DNA of 63,579 nucleotides, the filler included, from Anaerolineae bacterium (GTDB lineage Bacteria > Chloroflexota > Anaerolineae > Epilineales > Epilineaceae), in NCBI GenBank assembly GCA_029262755.1. It is 6 parts of 6 records of this genome, joined end to end, with 100 filler letters (N's around TTAATTAATTAA, not from the genome) between each part and the next. Parts side by side here need not be neighbours in the genome. Positions count along the whole stretch, not along the records: positions 40,070 to 55,894 come from JAJCYU010000126.1; positions 55,995 to 59,379 come from JAJCYU010000127.1; positions 59,480 to 63,579 come from JAJCYU010000131.1; 3 more parts are not named here. One strand, written 5' to 3'. The notes below the pieces were generated by a model. It was not told the DNA's origin. It made no database searches and saw only the letters and a list, made by a program, of their open reading frames with translations. Below, piece by piece: positions 50,431 to 60,029 of the stretch. Position numbers and translations under genes: made by a program. The number at the start of each line of letters is the position of its first letter. Position 1 is the first letter of the stretch.

Positions 50431-53400
50431 GTGATCGCGCTTGCTGATCTGCTAGCGGCGAACCCGGACGCGCGGATTGTCGGCCCCACATTCGCGGAGC
50501 GCTTCGACGCGTTCTGCTTTGACTCGCGCATCGTGCAGCCCGGCCAGCTGTTCCTGGCGGTGAAGACCGCCAAGGCGGACGGCCATGACTACGCCGAGGC
50601 CGCGTGTCTGGGCGGCGCGACCGGCGTCCTCTGCCAGCGGCCGCTCGATCTGGCGGCGCACGGCGCCACGTGCATCGTGGTGCCCGACACCGAGATCGCG
50701 ATGCAGCGTTGGGCGCGCTACGTGATGCGCGCCCGCGGCCTGCGCGTCGTGGCAATCACGGGCAGCGTCGGCAAGACGACCACCAAGGAGCTGCTCGCCC
50801 ACGTGCTCGGCGGCCGCTACCGCGTCTTCCGCAACCCCGCGAACTACAGCGGCCGCTTCGGCCTGCCGATCGCATTGGGCGGCCTGCCGGCCGAGGATGA
50901 GCGCGGCGGGGACGGTCGGCGTAAGAGCGAGCAGGGCGGTGGCGAGCGGGAAGGTGGTGAGCGTGACGGTGGCGAACGTGACGATGGCGAACGTAACGGT
51001 GGCGAGCGTGACGGTAGCGAACGGGGTCGACGCGACCGGCAGAGCGGGCCTGCCGTCGGCGGCGATCCGCGCCCGTTGATCGCCGTGTTGGAGATGGCCA
51101 CCGATCACTTCGGCGAGATCGCGCTGCTGGCCGATATCGCGCCGCCCGAAGTGGCGTGCGTCACGCTGGTCGCGCCGGCCCATCTGGCTGCTTTCGGGGA
51201 TGTCGATGCGGTCGGGCGCGAGAAGGGCGATCTCGTGGCCGCCTTGGGTCCGGCCGGCCTCGCGGTGCTCAACGCGGACGACCCGCGCGTGGCCGCGATG
51301 GCCGCGCGCAGCGCCGCGCCCGTGATCCGCTGCCGTGTCGAGGGCGCGGGCGGTGGGGCGGCAGTCGACGGGGCGGCAGTCGACGAGGCAAACGAAGCGG
51401 TCGACGTGGCGGACGGCCGGCCGGTCAAACCGAAGGTAGATGCGAAGGTAGGCGCGGAAGGCGACGCGACGCGTGAGGGCTCCGTGCCTGTCGTCGCGCG
51501 CGCCGGCGACCAAGACCTGGTCGCCTCGGACGTGCGGGTGGATCGCGACGGCACGCACTTGCTCGTCCATGTGCCGGCGCACGTGGATGGCGCGACCAAG
51601 CACGGAGCGATCACCGTGCCCGTCCACCTGCCCTGGCTGGGCGCGCACTTCGCGGGCTCCGTCCTGTTCGCGTTCGCCGTCGGGCAACGATTCGGGCTCG
51701 CACCCGCGGAGGTTGCGGCAAGGCTGGCCGACGTGCCGCCGGTGCCCGGCCGGCTGCGCCCGCTGCCGGGCCGCCGCGGCGCGCTCATCCTGGACGACAG
51801 CTACAACGCGAGCCCCGCGGCCGTCCACGCCGCGTTGGACGTGCTACGCGGGCTCGATGCGCCCGGCGTCGGCGACGGAGCGGTCGACCGCGGCGACGAT
51901 GGTTATGGCGACGATGGGCGTGGGGAAGAGGCGCAAGGCGACGATGGGCATAGGGACGACGTGGGTGGGGACGACGCGCATGGATACGACTCGCACCGGG
52001 ATGACGCGCCCGCTGACGCCCGCACCTCCCGCACGTTCCGCGTCGCGGTGCTCGGCGACATGGCGGAGCTAGGCGCGGCGGCGGCGGAGGCGCATCGCGC
52101 GGTCGGGCGCGACGCCGCGCGTGGGATCGACGTGCTCGTGACGCGCGGCGAGGAGGCCGAGGCGATCGCCGAGGGTGCGCGGGAGGCGGGGATGGACCCG
52201 GCGAAGGTGGTGGTCACCTACCGCGCCGAGGACGTGTTGGCGGCCGTCGAGCCGCATCTTGGGCCGGGGACGATCGTGTTGGCGAAGGGCAGCGCGGTGA
52301 CGCGGATGGAGCGCGTCGTGGCGGGGCTGATGGCCGAGCCGGAGCGCGCACGCGACCTGCTCGTGCGTCAGGATGCGGCCTGGCGCCAGATCGTGGTGCT
52401 GCGGCCCGATCGTCCGACGTGGCTGGAGATCGATCTCGGCGCCGTGGCGCACAACACCCGGCTGCTGAAGGAGATCGCGGGCGATGCAGCGTTGATGGCG
52501 GTCATCAAGGCCGATGCCTACGGCCACGGGGGATTGCAGGTGGCCCGCACGGTCCTGCACAACGGTGCCTCGTGGCTGGGCGTCGCGTGCCTGCCGGAGG
52601 GCGTCGCGCTGCGCGAGGCCGGGGTCGACGCGCCGATCCTGGTGCTGGGCTACACGCCGGCCTGGCAGGCCCACGACGCGTTGCGCTTCGATCTGGACGT
52701 GACGGTTTTCGACCCCGACACGGCGCGCGCGCTCTCGAAAGCGGCGACCGCCCTGGACCGGACGGCGCGCGTCCACGTCAAGGTCGACACGGGCCTGCAC
52801 CGGCTGGGCATGGCGCCCGCGGAGGTGCCGGCGTTCCTGGCCACGTTGCGGGATCTGGACGGCGTCGAGACGGTCGGGCTCTTCACCCACTACGCGGTCG
52901 CGGACGAGCGATCGGCGGAAGGGCTGGCGGCGACGGACGCGCAGAATGCGGCCTTCGCAGCGTTGTTGGACGCGCTGGAACGAGACGGCCTACGCCCTCG
53001 CTGGGTGCACGCGGCGAACAGCGCGGCGCTGCTCACACGTCCCGAGAGCCGGCACGACCTCGTGCGGCCGGGCATCGCGCTGTACGGGTTGGCGCCCTCC
53101 GCGGACGTCACGCACTCTGGGCTACGGCCGGCGCTCGGCTGGAAGACGCAGGTGGCCCAAGTGCGGGCGCTCGAGCCGGGCGAGGCGGTCGGCTACGGGC
53201 GGGCCTGGTCGGCCGAACGGCCGAGCCGGATCGCGACGATTCCGGTGGGCTACGCGGACGGCTTCCGGCGCGCGCCGCAGCGTTGGCGCCACGTGCTGGT
53301 GCGCGGCCGGCCCGCGCCGCTGGTGGGGCGCGTGTCGATGGACCAGGCCGCGATCGACGTGACCGATATCGAGGGCGTGCGCCAGGGCGACGAGGTCGTG

Positions 53401-53517
53401 CTCATCGGCCGCCAGGATGATGCCGAGCTTTCGGCGGAAACCGTCGCCGCGTGGCTCGGCACGATCCACTACGAGCTCGTCTCGGCCATCTTGGCGCGGG
53501 TGTCGCGCGTCTCGTAA
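50431..53517 (+). CDS. alr: Bifunctional MurF-like Mur ligase / alanine racemase fusion
   Basis: Mur ligase: FDSR, TGSVGKTTTKE, LNADD, DDSYNASP, LGDMAELG. Alr: AVIKADAYGHG, KVDTGLHRLG, HAANS, GYADG, GRVSMD, TIHYE. Confidence 0.93.
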   Translation: MIALADLLAANPDARIVGPTFAERFDAFCFDSRIVQPGQLFLAVKTAKADGHDYAEAACLGGATGVLCQRPLDLAAHGATCIVVPDTEIAMQRWARYVMRARGLRVVAITGSVGKTTTKELLAHVLGGRYRVFRNPANYSGRFGLPIALGGLPAEDERGGDGRRKSEQGGGEREGGERDGGERDDGERNGGERDGSERGRRDRQSGPAVGGDPRPLIAVLEMATDHFGEIALLADIAPPEVACVTLVAPAHLAAFGDVDAVGREKGDLVAALGPAGLAVLNADDPRVAAMAARSAAPVIRCRVEGAGGGAAVDGAAVDEANEAVDVADGRPVKPKVDAKVGAEGDATREGSVPVVARAGDQDLVASDVRVDRDGTHLLVHVPAHVDGATKHGAITVPVHLPWLGAHFAGSVLFAFAVGQRFGLAPAEVAARLADVPPVPGRLRPLPGRRGALILDDSYNASPAAVHAALDVLRGLDAPGVGDGAVDRGDDGYGDDGRGEEAQGDDGHRDDVGGDDAHGYDSHRDDAPADARTSRTFRVAVLGDMAELGAAAAEAHRAVGRDAARGIDVLVTRGEEAEAIAEGAREAGMDPAKVVVTYRAEDVLAAVEPHLGPGTIVLAKGSAVTRMERVVAGLMAEPERARDLLVRQDAAWRQIVVLRPDRPTWLEIDLGAVAHNTRLLKEIAGDAALMAVIKADAYGHGGLQVARTVLHNGASWLGVACLPEGVALREAGVDAPILVLGYTPAWQAHDALRFDLDVTVFDPDTARALSKAATALDRTARVHVKVDTGLHRLGMAPAEVPAFLATLRDLDGVETVGLFTHYAVADERSAEGLAATDAQNAAFAALLDALERDGLRPRWVHAANSAALLTRPESRHDLVRPGIALYGLAPSADVTHSGLRPALGWKTQVAQVRALEPGEAVGYGRAWSAERPSRIATIPVGYADGFRRAPQRWRHVLVRGRPAPLVGRVSMDQAAIDVTDIEGVRQGDEVVLIGRQDDAELSAETVAAWLGTIHYELVSAILARVSRVS
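50938..51025 (+). repeat. 15-bp tandem repeat encoding (GGERD)n inside MurF
   Basis: GGTGGCGAGCGGGAA / GGTGGTGAGCGTGAC / GGTGGCGAACGTGAC ... about six units. Confidence 0.8.
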
Positions 53518-53806
53518 AGGACGTTGCGCCGCTTCGGCCCCCCGCAGCATCCGCTTCGTCTTGGGCCGGCGCACTTCACATGCGATATCATCCAGGTTGG
53601 GCGACGAAGGCATTCGTCCGCCGCTCGTGAGTCCCCCTTTGGGCATTCGCGACGTTATATAGCGTGGAACCCGCTGACCAACCCTGTCTACGCCGTATCC
53701 ATGGTCAGGCGCAGGATCCCGCGTTTCGCTTCCATCGCGCGTCGTTCGATCGGCGCGCGCCGAACTCCATCCGCCTGCCGGCGCAACCCATTCTAGGAGC
53801 TCCCCT

Positions 53807-55894
53807 ATGTACCGTACCTGGCAACGCCTTTCGCTCGCGGCTCTCGCCGCGGCGCTCATCGTCACGGCCGCCGCCTCGTGGCTCGCGGCGCCCGCCCCTG
53901 CGCGTGCGGCCAAGACCGTGCGCATCAACGCGCAGAACAGCGGCTTCAGCGTCAAGGAGATCCAGGTGGATCCGGGCGAGGAGCTCGATGTGATCTTGAC
54001 CAACATGGACCTGTTCAACCACGGCATTCTCTTTGAGTTGGACGGAGACCGGGTTGAGAAGATCGACCCGATCGGAATCGCCGGCGAGCGACGGCTGAGC
54101 TTTACCGCCCCGACGACGGACGGCCGCTACCCCTACTTCAGCCAAGAGGGCCGCGACCGGGAGAACGGCTTCGCGGGGGTGCTGCTCGTGGGCGACGCTG
54201 CGTCCTCGCAGGAGCAACGCACCATTGCGGTGGACGGTGTGAACTACCGCTTTACGCCGAACCAGATTCTCGTCGATCCGGGCGAGACGATCACGATCGA
54301 GTTCACCAGCAGTGAAGGCTTCCACGACATTGTGTTCGAGCTCGAAGGCGAACGCGTCGAGGCCAGCGAGCGGGTGCGTGCGCCGGAGATGACCAGCTTC
54401 AGCTTCACGGTCCCGACCGAGCCGGGCGCCTACACGTTCTTCTGTTCGGTCGGCACCCACCGCGATCAGGGCATGGTGGGCACCCTCATCGTGGGTGATC
54501 CCATCCCGGTCAAGGCCAGCAACTTCACCTTCGATCCGGACCGCCTGGAGGTCCGCCCCGGTGAGACCGTGGTCCTCGAACTCCAGGTCGAGGGCGGCAC
54601 ACACGACATCGTGTTTGAGCTCGAGGGCGGCGTGGAAGCGCGCACGAGCCGCATCGGTGCGGGCGAGACGGAGATCTTGATCTTCACGGCACCCGAGACG
54701 CCGGGTGAGTACGCGTTCTACTGCTCGGTAGGACGGCACCGCGAGTTCGGGATGGAAGGAGTGCTCGTGGTTGGGGACGGCGGAGGCGGCAGCTCGCCGA
54801 CGCCACCACCTCCGGGCGAGACGCCCACCCCGACCGACGTTCCCCCGCCCACTGATACACCCACCGCCATGCCGACGGACACGCCTGGCCCGGCGCGGTT
54901 CGAGGTCATGATGGACGGCCTGAACAGCCCGCATGGGCTCTGGCTGGACGAAGAGGGCGAGGAGTTGCTGGTCAGCGAAGGCGGTACCGGCAACCCGGTG
55001 CCCGGCCAGTTCACGCCCGGCAACGGGGACGGCCGTGTGCAGTCGATCGACATGGGCACCCCGTGGACCTCCGCGGGCATTCTCATCGCCGACATGACCA
55101 ACTCGCTCGATCCGGGCGGAGGCGTCGTCGGCGCGAACCACGCGCTGCGCCATGGCGGCGGCTTCGGTACGAGCGGCGACGGCGGCGTGCTCGTCGCCCA
55201 GGCAGGCGGCCCCGGCCACCTGCGTCCGGACGAGGCGGCCAAGATCCTGCTCGTGTCCGACGAGGGCGAGTCGGTGCTCGTGGCCGATCCGCTGGCCTAC
55301 GAGGTCGCCAACAACCCCGGTGGCGAGTCCGGCGACGAGGGTCTCGATTCCAACCCCTGGCGCCTGATCGACGGTCCCGGCGGGTTGGTCTATGTCGTGG
55401 ATGCCGGCGCCAACGACATCTTGACGCTCGATCCCGACACGGGCGAGCTGGCTACCTGGGCCGTCTTCGCACCGCTGACGGCCGACGGCGGCCAGCAAGC
55501 GATCCCGACCGGCCTTGCCTTCGCGGACGACGGCACGGCCTACGTGACGCTACTCGGTCGCTTCGCGCCGCCGGACGGCACGGAAGGCAGCGCGCAGGTG
55601 CGCAAGCTGATGGATCTCAACGACGACGGCGACATGCTCGATGCGGGCGAGAACGTGCTGCACGCGCCGGAGCTGTGGCTGGCCACCGACATCGCGATCT
55701 CGCCCAGCGGCGCGCTCTACGCCATCTCCATCGGCGGGCCAGGCACGGTGTTGCACATTCCGATGGGAGCGGGCCCTGTGGAAGCCGAAGCGGTTGTCAC
55801 GGGCGTACCGGCGATCAGCACGATGGCTTTCTTACCCAACGGGGACCTGCTGGTGAGCGAAACCAGCAACCCGGCCCCGGCGCCCGCGCCGAAA
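53807..55894 (+). CDS. Secreted protein with three cupredoxin domains, a PT linker and a ScyD/ScyE-like beta-propeller; 3' truncated
   Basis: HDIVFE...FCSVGTHRDQGM and HDIVFE...YCSVGRHREFGM type-1 Cu sites; YEVANNP...DSNPW, VVDAGAND, QAIPTGLA. Confidence 0.82.
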
Positions 55895-55994
55895 NNNNNN
55901 NNNNNNNNNNNNNNNNNNNNNNNNNNNNNNNNNNNNNNTTAATTAATTAANNNNNNNNNNNNNNNNNNNNNNNNNNNNNNNNNNNNNNNNNNNN
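55895..55994. other. Artificial contig spacer
   Basis: N-run with TTAATTAATTAA. Confidence 0.98.
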
Positions 55995-56135
55995 CAACCG
56001 AGGGCGTTGCTGCGCCGCTGTGCTGGTTCGCTGAGACGAAGGAATAGCAGCAGCGCTATTGCTGAGGAACAGCGGGCCGGCACAGCGGATGCAGCGACGG
56101 CCGAATTGGTGAGATTGTTGACGGACGAGGCCTAA
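55995..56135 (+). repeat. MITE-like dispersed repeat, copy B (truncated by contig start)
   Basis: Homologous to the reverse complement of 40070-40180. Confidence 0.65.
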
Positions 56136-56324
56136 CGTGCGGCCATGCGTTGGACGCGATCCCCGTCGCGGCACACCGTCGGTGTCGATTGGCTGCATTG
56201 GCCGACGTGCCGCATTGGCCGAAGAACAAGGGCTTCCAGCTAGACTCCGTGCAGCGCTGTTCGCCTGTATTGGGCTATCGAACAGTTAGAACCCGTGCAG
56301 CGGTACCCGCGTGTTGAGGACGTG

Positions 56325-57260
56325 ATGGCGGTTCCTGAATTCTTCCTAGTCGGTGCACCGAAGTCCGGGACGACGGCGCTGTACGCCTGTCTCCGCAGCC
56401 ATCCCGATCTCTTCCTGCCGGATTGCAAAGAACCACACTACTTCGGCTCCGACCTCGAGGGGCGCTGGTTCGTGCGCGATGCGGCCACCTACCACGCACT
56501 GTTCGAACCCGCGTCGGCTTCGGCGGATCGACCGGCCCGTTGTGCCGGCGAGGCCTCCGTATTCTATCTCTACGCACGCCGCGCCGCTGCCGAGATCGCA
56601 TACGCTGCGCCGCATGCTCGCATCATCGTGCTGCTGCGTGAGCCGGTTGCCCTGATGCATGCACTGCACGCGCAGCTGCACTATAACGGCAACGAGGACA
56701 TCGCGGACTTCGGCGCGGCCCTGGCCGCAGAGAAGCGTCGCAAGCGCAGTCGTGAGGCACCCAACGACAACTATCCGCCCGAACTGTTGTGGTACCGCGA
56801 GGTCGTCGACTTCGCGCCGCAGCTGCAACGGTTCTTCCACCACTTCGGCCGCGACCGCGTCCACGTCGCGCTCCACGAAGACTGGCGCCGCGACCCGGAG
56901 CGTGTGTACCGAGACGTCTTGCGCTTTCTCGGCGTACGCACCGACCTCCTGACCGACTTCGCGCTCCGCAACCGGTCGAAGGGTGTCCGCAGCCGGCGGC
57001 TCCACCGGTTGCTGATGTGGCCGCACCCCACGGTGCGGCGGGCGGTCCGTCGGGTGATCCCCGTCGCGGCGAGACAGGCTGCCATTCGGCGTGTACAGCG
57101 GTGGAACACGTCGCGTGGCGGCGCCGAGCCATTGTCGCCCGCGCTGCGCGCCGCGTTGACAGCGGAGATGAGGCCTCGCGTGGCGGCCTTGGAGGCGTTG
57201 CTCGGACGGGATCTCTCTTCGTGGTCTGCCGATGAGCAGGAGCTCGATCATGAGCGGTGA
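56325..57260 (+). CDS. PAPS-dependent sulfotransferase
   Basis: FFLVGAPKSGTTALY, HP.LF...KEPHYF, GEASVFY, LLREP. Confidence 0.92.
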   Translation: MAVPEFFLVGAPKSGTTALYACLRSHPDLFLPDCKEPHYFGSDLEGRWFVRDAATYHALFEPASASADRPARCAGEASVFYLYARRAAAEIAYAAPHARIIVLLREPVALMHALHAQLHYNGNEDIADFGAALAAEKRRKRSREAPNDNYPPELLWYREVVDFAPQLQRFFHHFGRDRVHVALHEDWRRDPERVYRDVLRFLGVRTDLLTDFALRNRSKGVRSRRLHRLLMWPHPTVRRAVRRVIPVAARQAAIRRVQRWNTSRGGAEPLSPALRAALTAEMRPRVAALEALLGRDLSSWSADEQELDHER

Positions 57261-58188
57261 GCCGTCGACGCCGCGCTCGATCCCTCGCCGGATTCCCCCA
57301 CGCGTGCGGGTGATCGAGTGGGCGTACAGACTCTCGCCCACTACGCCGCCCGCCGTGCGGCTCGCGCTCTCCGCAGAGGGACAGGTAAACCCGAGCGAAT
57401 GCCGGCTCCTGTACGAGCTTGCCGCGGCCGTGCCCCGCGACGGCGGCGCGATCGTGGAAATCGGCAGCTATCGCGGCCGCTCGACGATCGCGCTCGCGCT
57501 CGGGGCGCGCGACGGCGCGCGGCCGGTCGTGCATGCCGTGGACCCGCACGCGCCGCACATCGGCGTGATGGGCGGCGTCTACGGTCCAACCGACGGCGGG
57601 GCCATGGCGGCCAACCTCCGGCGCTGCGGCGTCGCCCGCGACGTACGATGTCTCGCGACCTCCTCGCTTGAGGCGGCCGCATCATGGCACGGCCCGATCG
57701 GCCTGCTGTGGATCGACGGCGACCACCGCCTGGACGCCGTTGCCGCCGACGTCGCGGCATGGACGCCCTTTCTGCGTCCCGATGGCGTCCTGGCGCTGCA
57801 CGACGCTCGGCGACCGGGCCTCGGCCCAACGCGCGTGGTGGAGCGCCTGCTCGCCTCCGGGGCCTGGCGCCTCGTCGTCGGAACCAGAACCGGGCGCAGG
57901 ACCGGCGGCCGGAAGGGCGCCGACGTCAGCGTCGAGATGGGCGGTTGGTCGAGCGGCGGCGGGACGGGCGGACGGACGAGCGTTGGTGGCGTCGGGGTGG
58001 ACGGTCGGTCGCGCGCCGGCGTCGACGTCGGGACCGGCAGGACGGGCGTCAGTGTCGGCCTCGAAGCCGGCGTCGGTGTCGGATCCGGTGTCGATGTCGA
58101 TGTCGGGTCCGGTGTCGGAGACATCGTGGTCCTACGACGCGCGCCTCAGGACGCCGAAGACGTCTCGTCGATCCCGGGCGGTCGCTGA
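57250..58188 (+). CDS. Class I SAM-dependent methyltransferase (Methyltransf_24-like) with Gly/Val-rich insertion
   Basis: VEIGSYRGRST, LLWIDGDH, ALHD. Confidence 0.85.
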   Translation: MSGEPSTPRSIPRRIPPRVRVIEWAYRLSPTTPPAVRLALSAEGQVNPSECRLLYELAAAVPRDGGAIVEIGSYRGRSTIALALGARDGARPVVHAVDPHAPHIGVMGGVYGPTDGGAMAANLRRCGVARDVRCLATSSLEAAASWHGPIGLLWIDGDHRLDAVAADVAAWTPFLRPDGVLALHDARRPGLGPTRVVERLLASGAWRLVVGTRTGRRTGGRKGADVSVEMGGWSSGGGTGGRTSVGGVGVDGRSRAGVDVGTGRTGVSVGLEAGVGVGSGVDVDVGSGVGDIVVLRRAPQDAEDVSSIPGGR

Positions 58189-59072
58189 AAGTCTTGGACG
58201 GGCAAGGGTCCGTGCACGCGGCCGTGGCCGGCGCCCAGTACCCAGGCACACTTGTCCAGCCACATCGGCGGGATGACCGATAGCGCGCGCGGGTCGCGGC
58301 GCAGCCGCCAGACGGTGCGCGCGGTCACCCACGTCGCGATCGCCGGGGCGAGCACCGTCAGCAGGCGCGGATGGTTGAGTAACCAAGGGTGATCGATCTG
58401 GTCGTCATATTCGCGTCGGGCGGCCTGCGAGCAGCTGCCGTCCGCGTAGCCCGTTCGCCAGAAGCGGGTTAGGGTCAGCCCGAGCGGCCGGTGTGTGGCA
58501 TGCGCTTCGGGCTCGAAGAAGAGGCGATGTCCGGACCGGGTCATGCGCAGCGTCCAGTCGAAGTCGTATACCCGGGGCCAGTCTTCGCGGAGCGCCCCTA
58601 CGTCGCGCACCATGGCCGTCGAAAGGCTGAGGTTCATCGTCGGCAGGCACGGGCGCGGGCCCGCCGGGCGGTCGGCCAACCAGTCGTGGAAGAGGCTGAG
58701 GTTGTAGGCCGTGGCCAAGTACGGTCCCGGCGGCGCGATCACCCCACCGGCGACGCCTTGCCAACCCTGCGCGTGACGGGCGAGCACACGGTCGAGCCAA
58801 TCCGGTGCGAGCGTGCAGTCACCGTCCATGATCACCACGGTCTCGCTCGTCGGAAGCATGGCGGCCAGCGCCGCGTTGTAGGCGAAGCAGGCCGGCCCCG
58901 GGCGGATCGCCTCGAGGCAGCGTATGCGTGGATCGTCGGGCAGGACCCCGTGTTCGTCCGCGCCGCAGACTAGAATCTCCGCGATCTCGCCGGCACGCGT
59001 CTGCGCCAGCACGCTGCGAACCGCGTCACCGACCGTCGGCACGAACCCGGAGGCCACGATGAAGGAAACCAT
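58146..59072 (-). CDS. Glycosyltransferase family 2
   Basis: SFIVAS...SVLAQT, MDGDC, TMNLS, DFDWTLR; C-terminal TM segment. Confidence 0.82.
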   Translation of the reverse strand: MVSFIVASGFVPTVGDAVRSVLAQTRAGEIAEILVCGADEHGVLPDDPRIRCLEAIRPGPACFAYNAALAAMLPTSETVVIMDGDCTLAPDWLDRVLARHAQGWQGVAGGVIAPPGPYLATAYNLSLFHDWLADRPAGPRPCLPTMNLSLSTAMVRDVGALREDWPRVYDFDWTLRMTRSGHRLFFEPEAHATHRPLGLTLTRFWRTGYADGSCSQAARREYDDQIDHPWLLNHPRLLTVLAPAIATWVTARTVWRLRRDPRALSVIPPMWLDKCAWVLGAGHGRVHGPLPVQDFQRPPGIDETSSAS

Positions 59073-59379
59073 GTCGGCCAGGATAGCCGGTCATGGCAAC
59101 CGGACGATTTCGCCCGACGAGCCGCCTCCCAGCGTGCTCGTGACCGGCGCGTCCTCCGGCATCGGCCATGCGACGGCGATCGCGCTGGCCCACCGTGGCT
59201 GGCGCGTCTTCGGCGGCGTCCGTCGCGCGGTGGACGAAGCGGCGCTCACGGCCGAGGGCATCGTCCCGGTCCACTTGGACGTTACGGACGCAGCCTCAAT
59301 CGCGCACGCCAAAGACATTGTGCTTACCGCGCTCGGCGATCGGCCCCTCAGCGCGTTGGTCAACAACGCGGGCATCACC
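59071..59379 (+). CDS. SDR oxidoreductase, 3' truncated
   Basis: VTGASSGIG, LDVTD, LVNNAG. Start uncertain. Confidence 0.88.
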
Positions 59380-59479
59380 NNNNNNNNNNNNNNNNNNNNN
59401 NNNNNNNNNNNNNNNNNNNNNNNTTAATTAATTAANNNNNNNNNNNNNNNNNNNNNNNNNNNNNNNNNNNNNNNNNNNN
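59380..59479. other. Artificial contig spacer
   Basis: N-run with TTAATTAATTAA. Confidence 0.98.
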
Positions 59480-59796
59480 TCCTCGCGGGCCTCCTTGCGG
59501 CATTTTTCGACCTGGGCAGGATCGCGTCACTCGGTGCGATCTACTATCTCGTCATGGATATCGCCGTCCATTGGGGTGTGTTGAAGCACCTGCGAGAAGA
59601 AATCGATGCGAACGCGACCGTCCTTGTGACGGCTATTGCGCTTGATCTTACCGCCCTCGGCGCCTTTCTGTGGATCAAGGCGAACTCCGATATATGGATC
59701 ATCATTATCGCGGCCGTCTCAATCGTGGCGATCTTTCTTCTGGAGGGGCTATTCTTGAGAAAAGGGCGGCAACCTGAAACCCTTAGTCATTCTTGA
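59480..59796 (+). CDS. C-terminus of an APC family amino-acid permease (5' truncated)
   Basis: LAAFFDLGRIASLGAIYYLVMDIAVHWGV followed by two TM helices. Confidence 0.7.
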
Positions 59797-60029
59797 ATTG
59801 CACCTTGAAATCTGAACAAATGCCGCTAAATGACGCGACCCAGATAGGAGGAAAGAGATATTTCAGGTGTGAATATCAGTTGATAAAATGATCAACGGCG
59901 ACGGACAATTCAAAGATATGGATCTTTCCAACGCCAATGGAAACTTGCGGCATGTCGGTCAACGACGGATTTCCCGATGCCTGTGCATCATCGTTTGGGA
60001 ATGAACACTTTTTAGCGGATTCAAGACCA

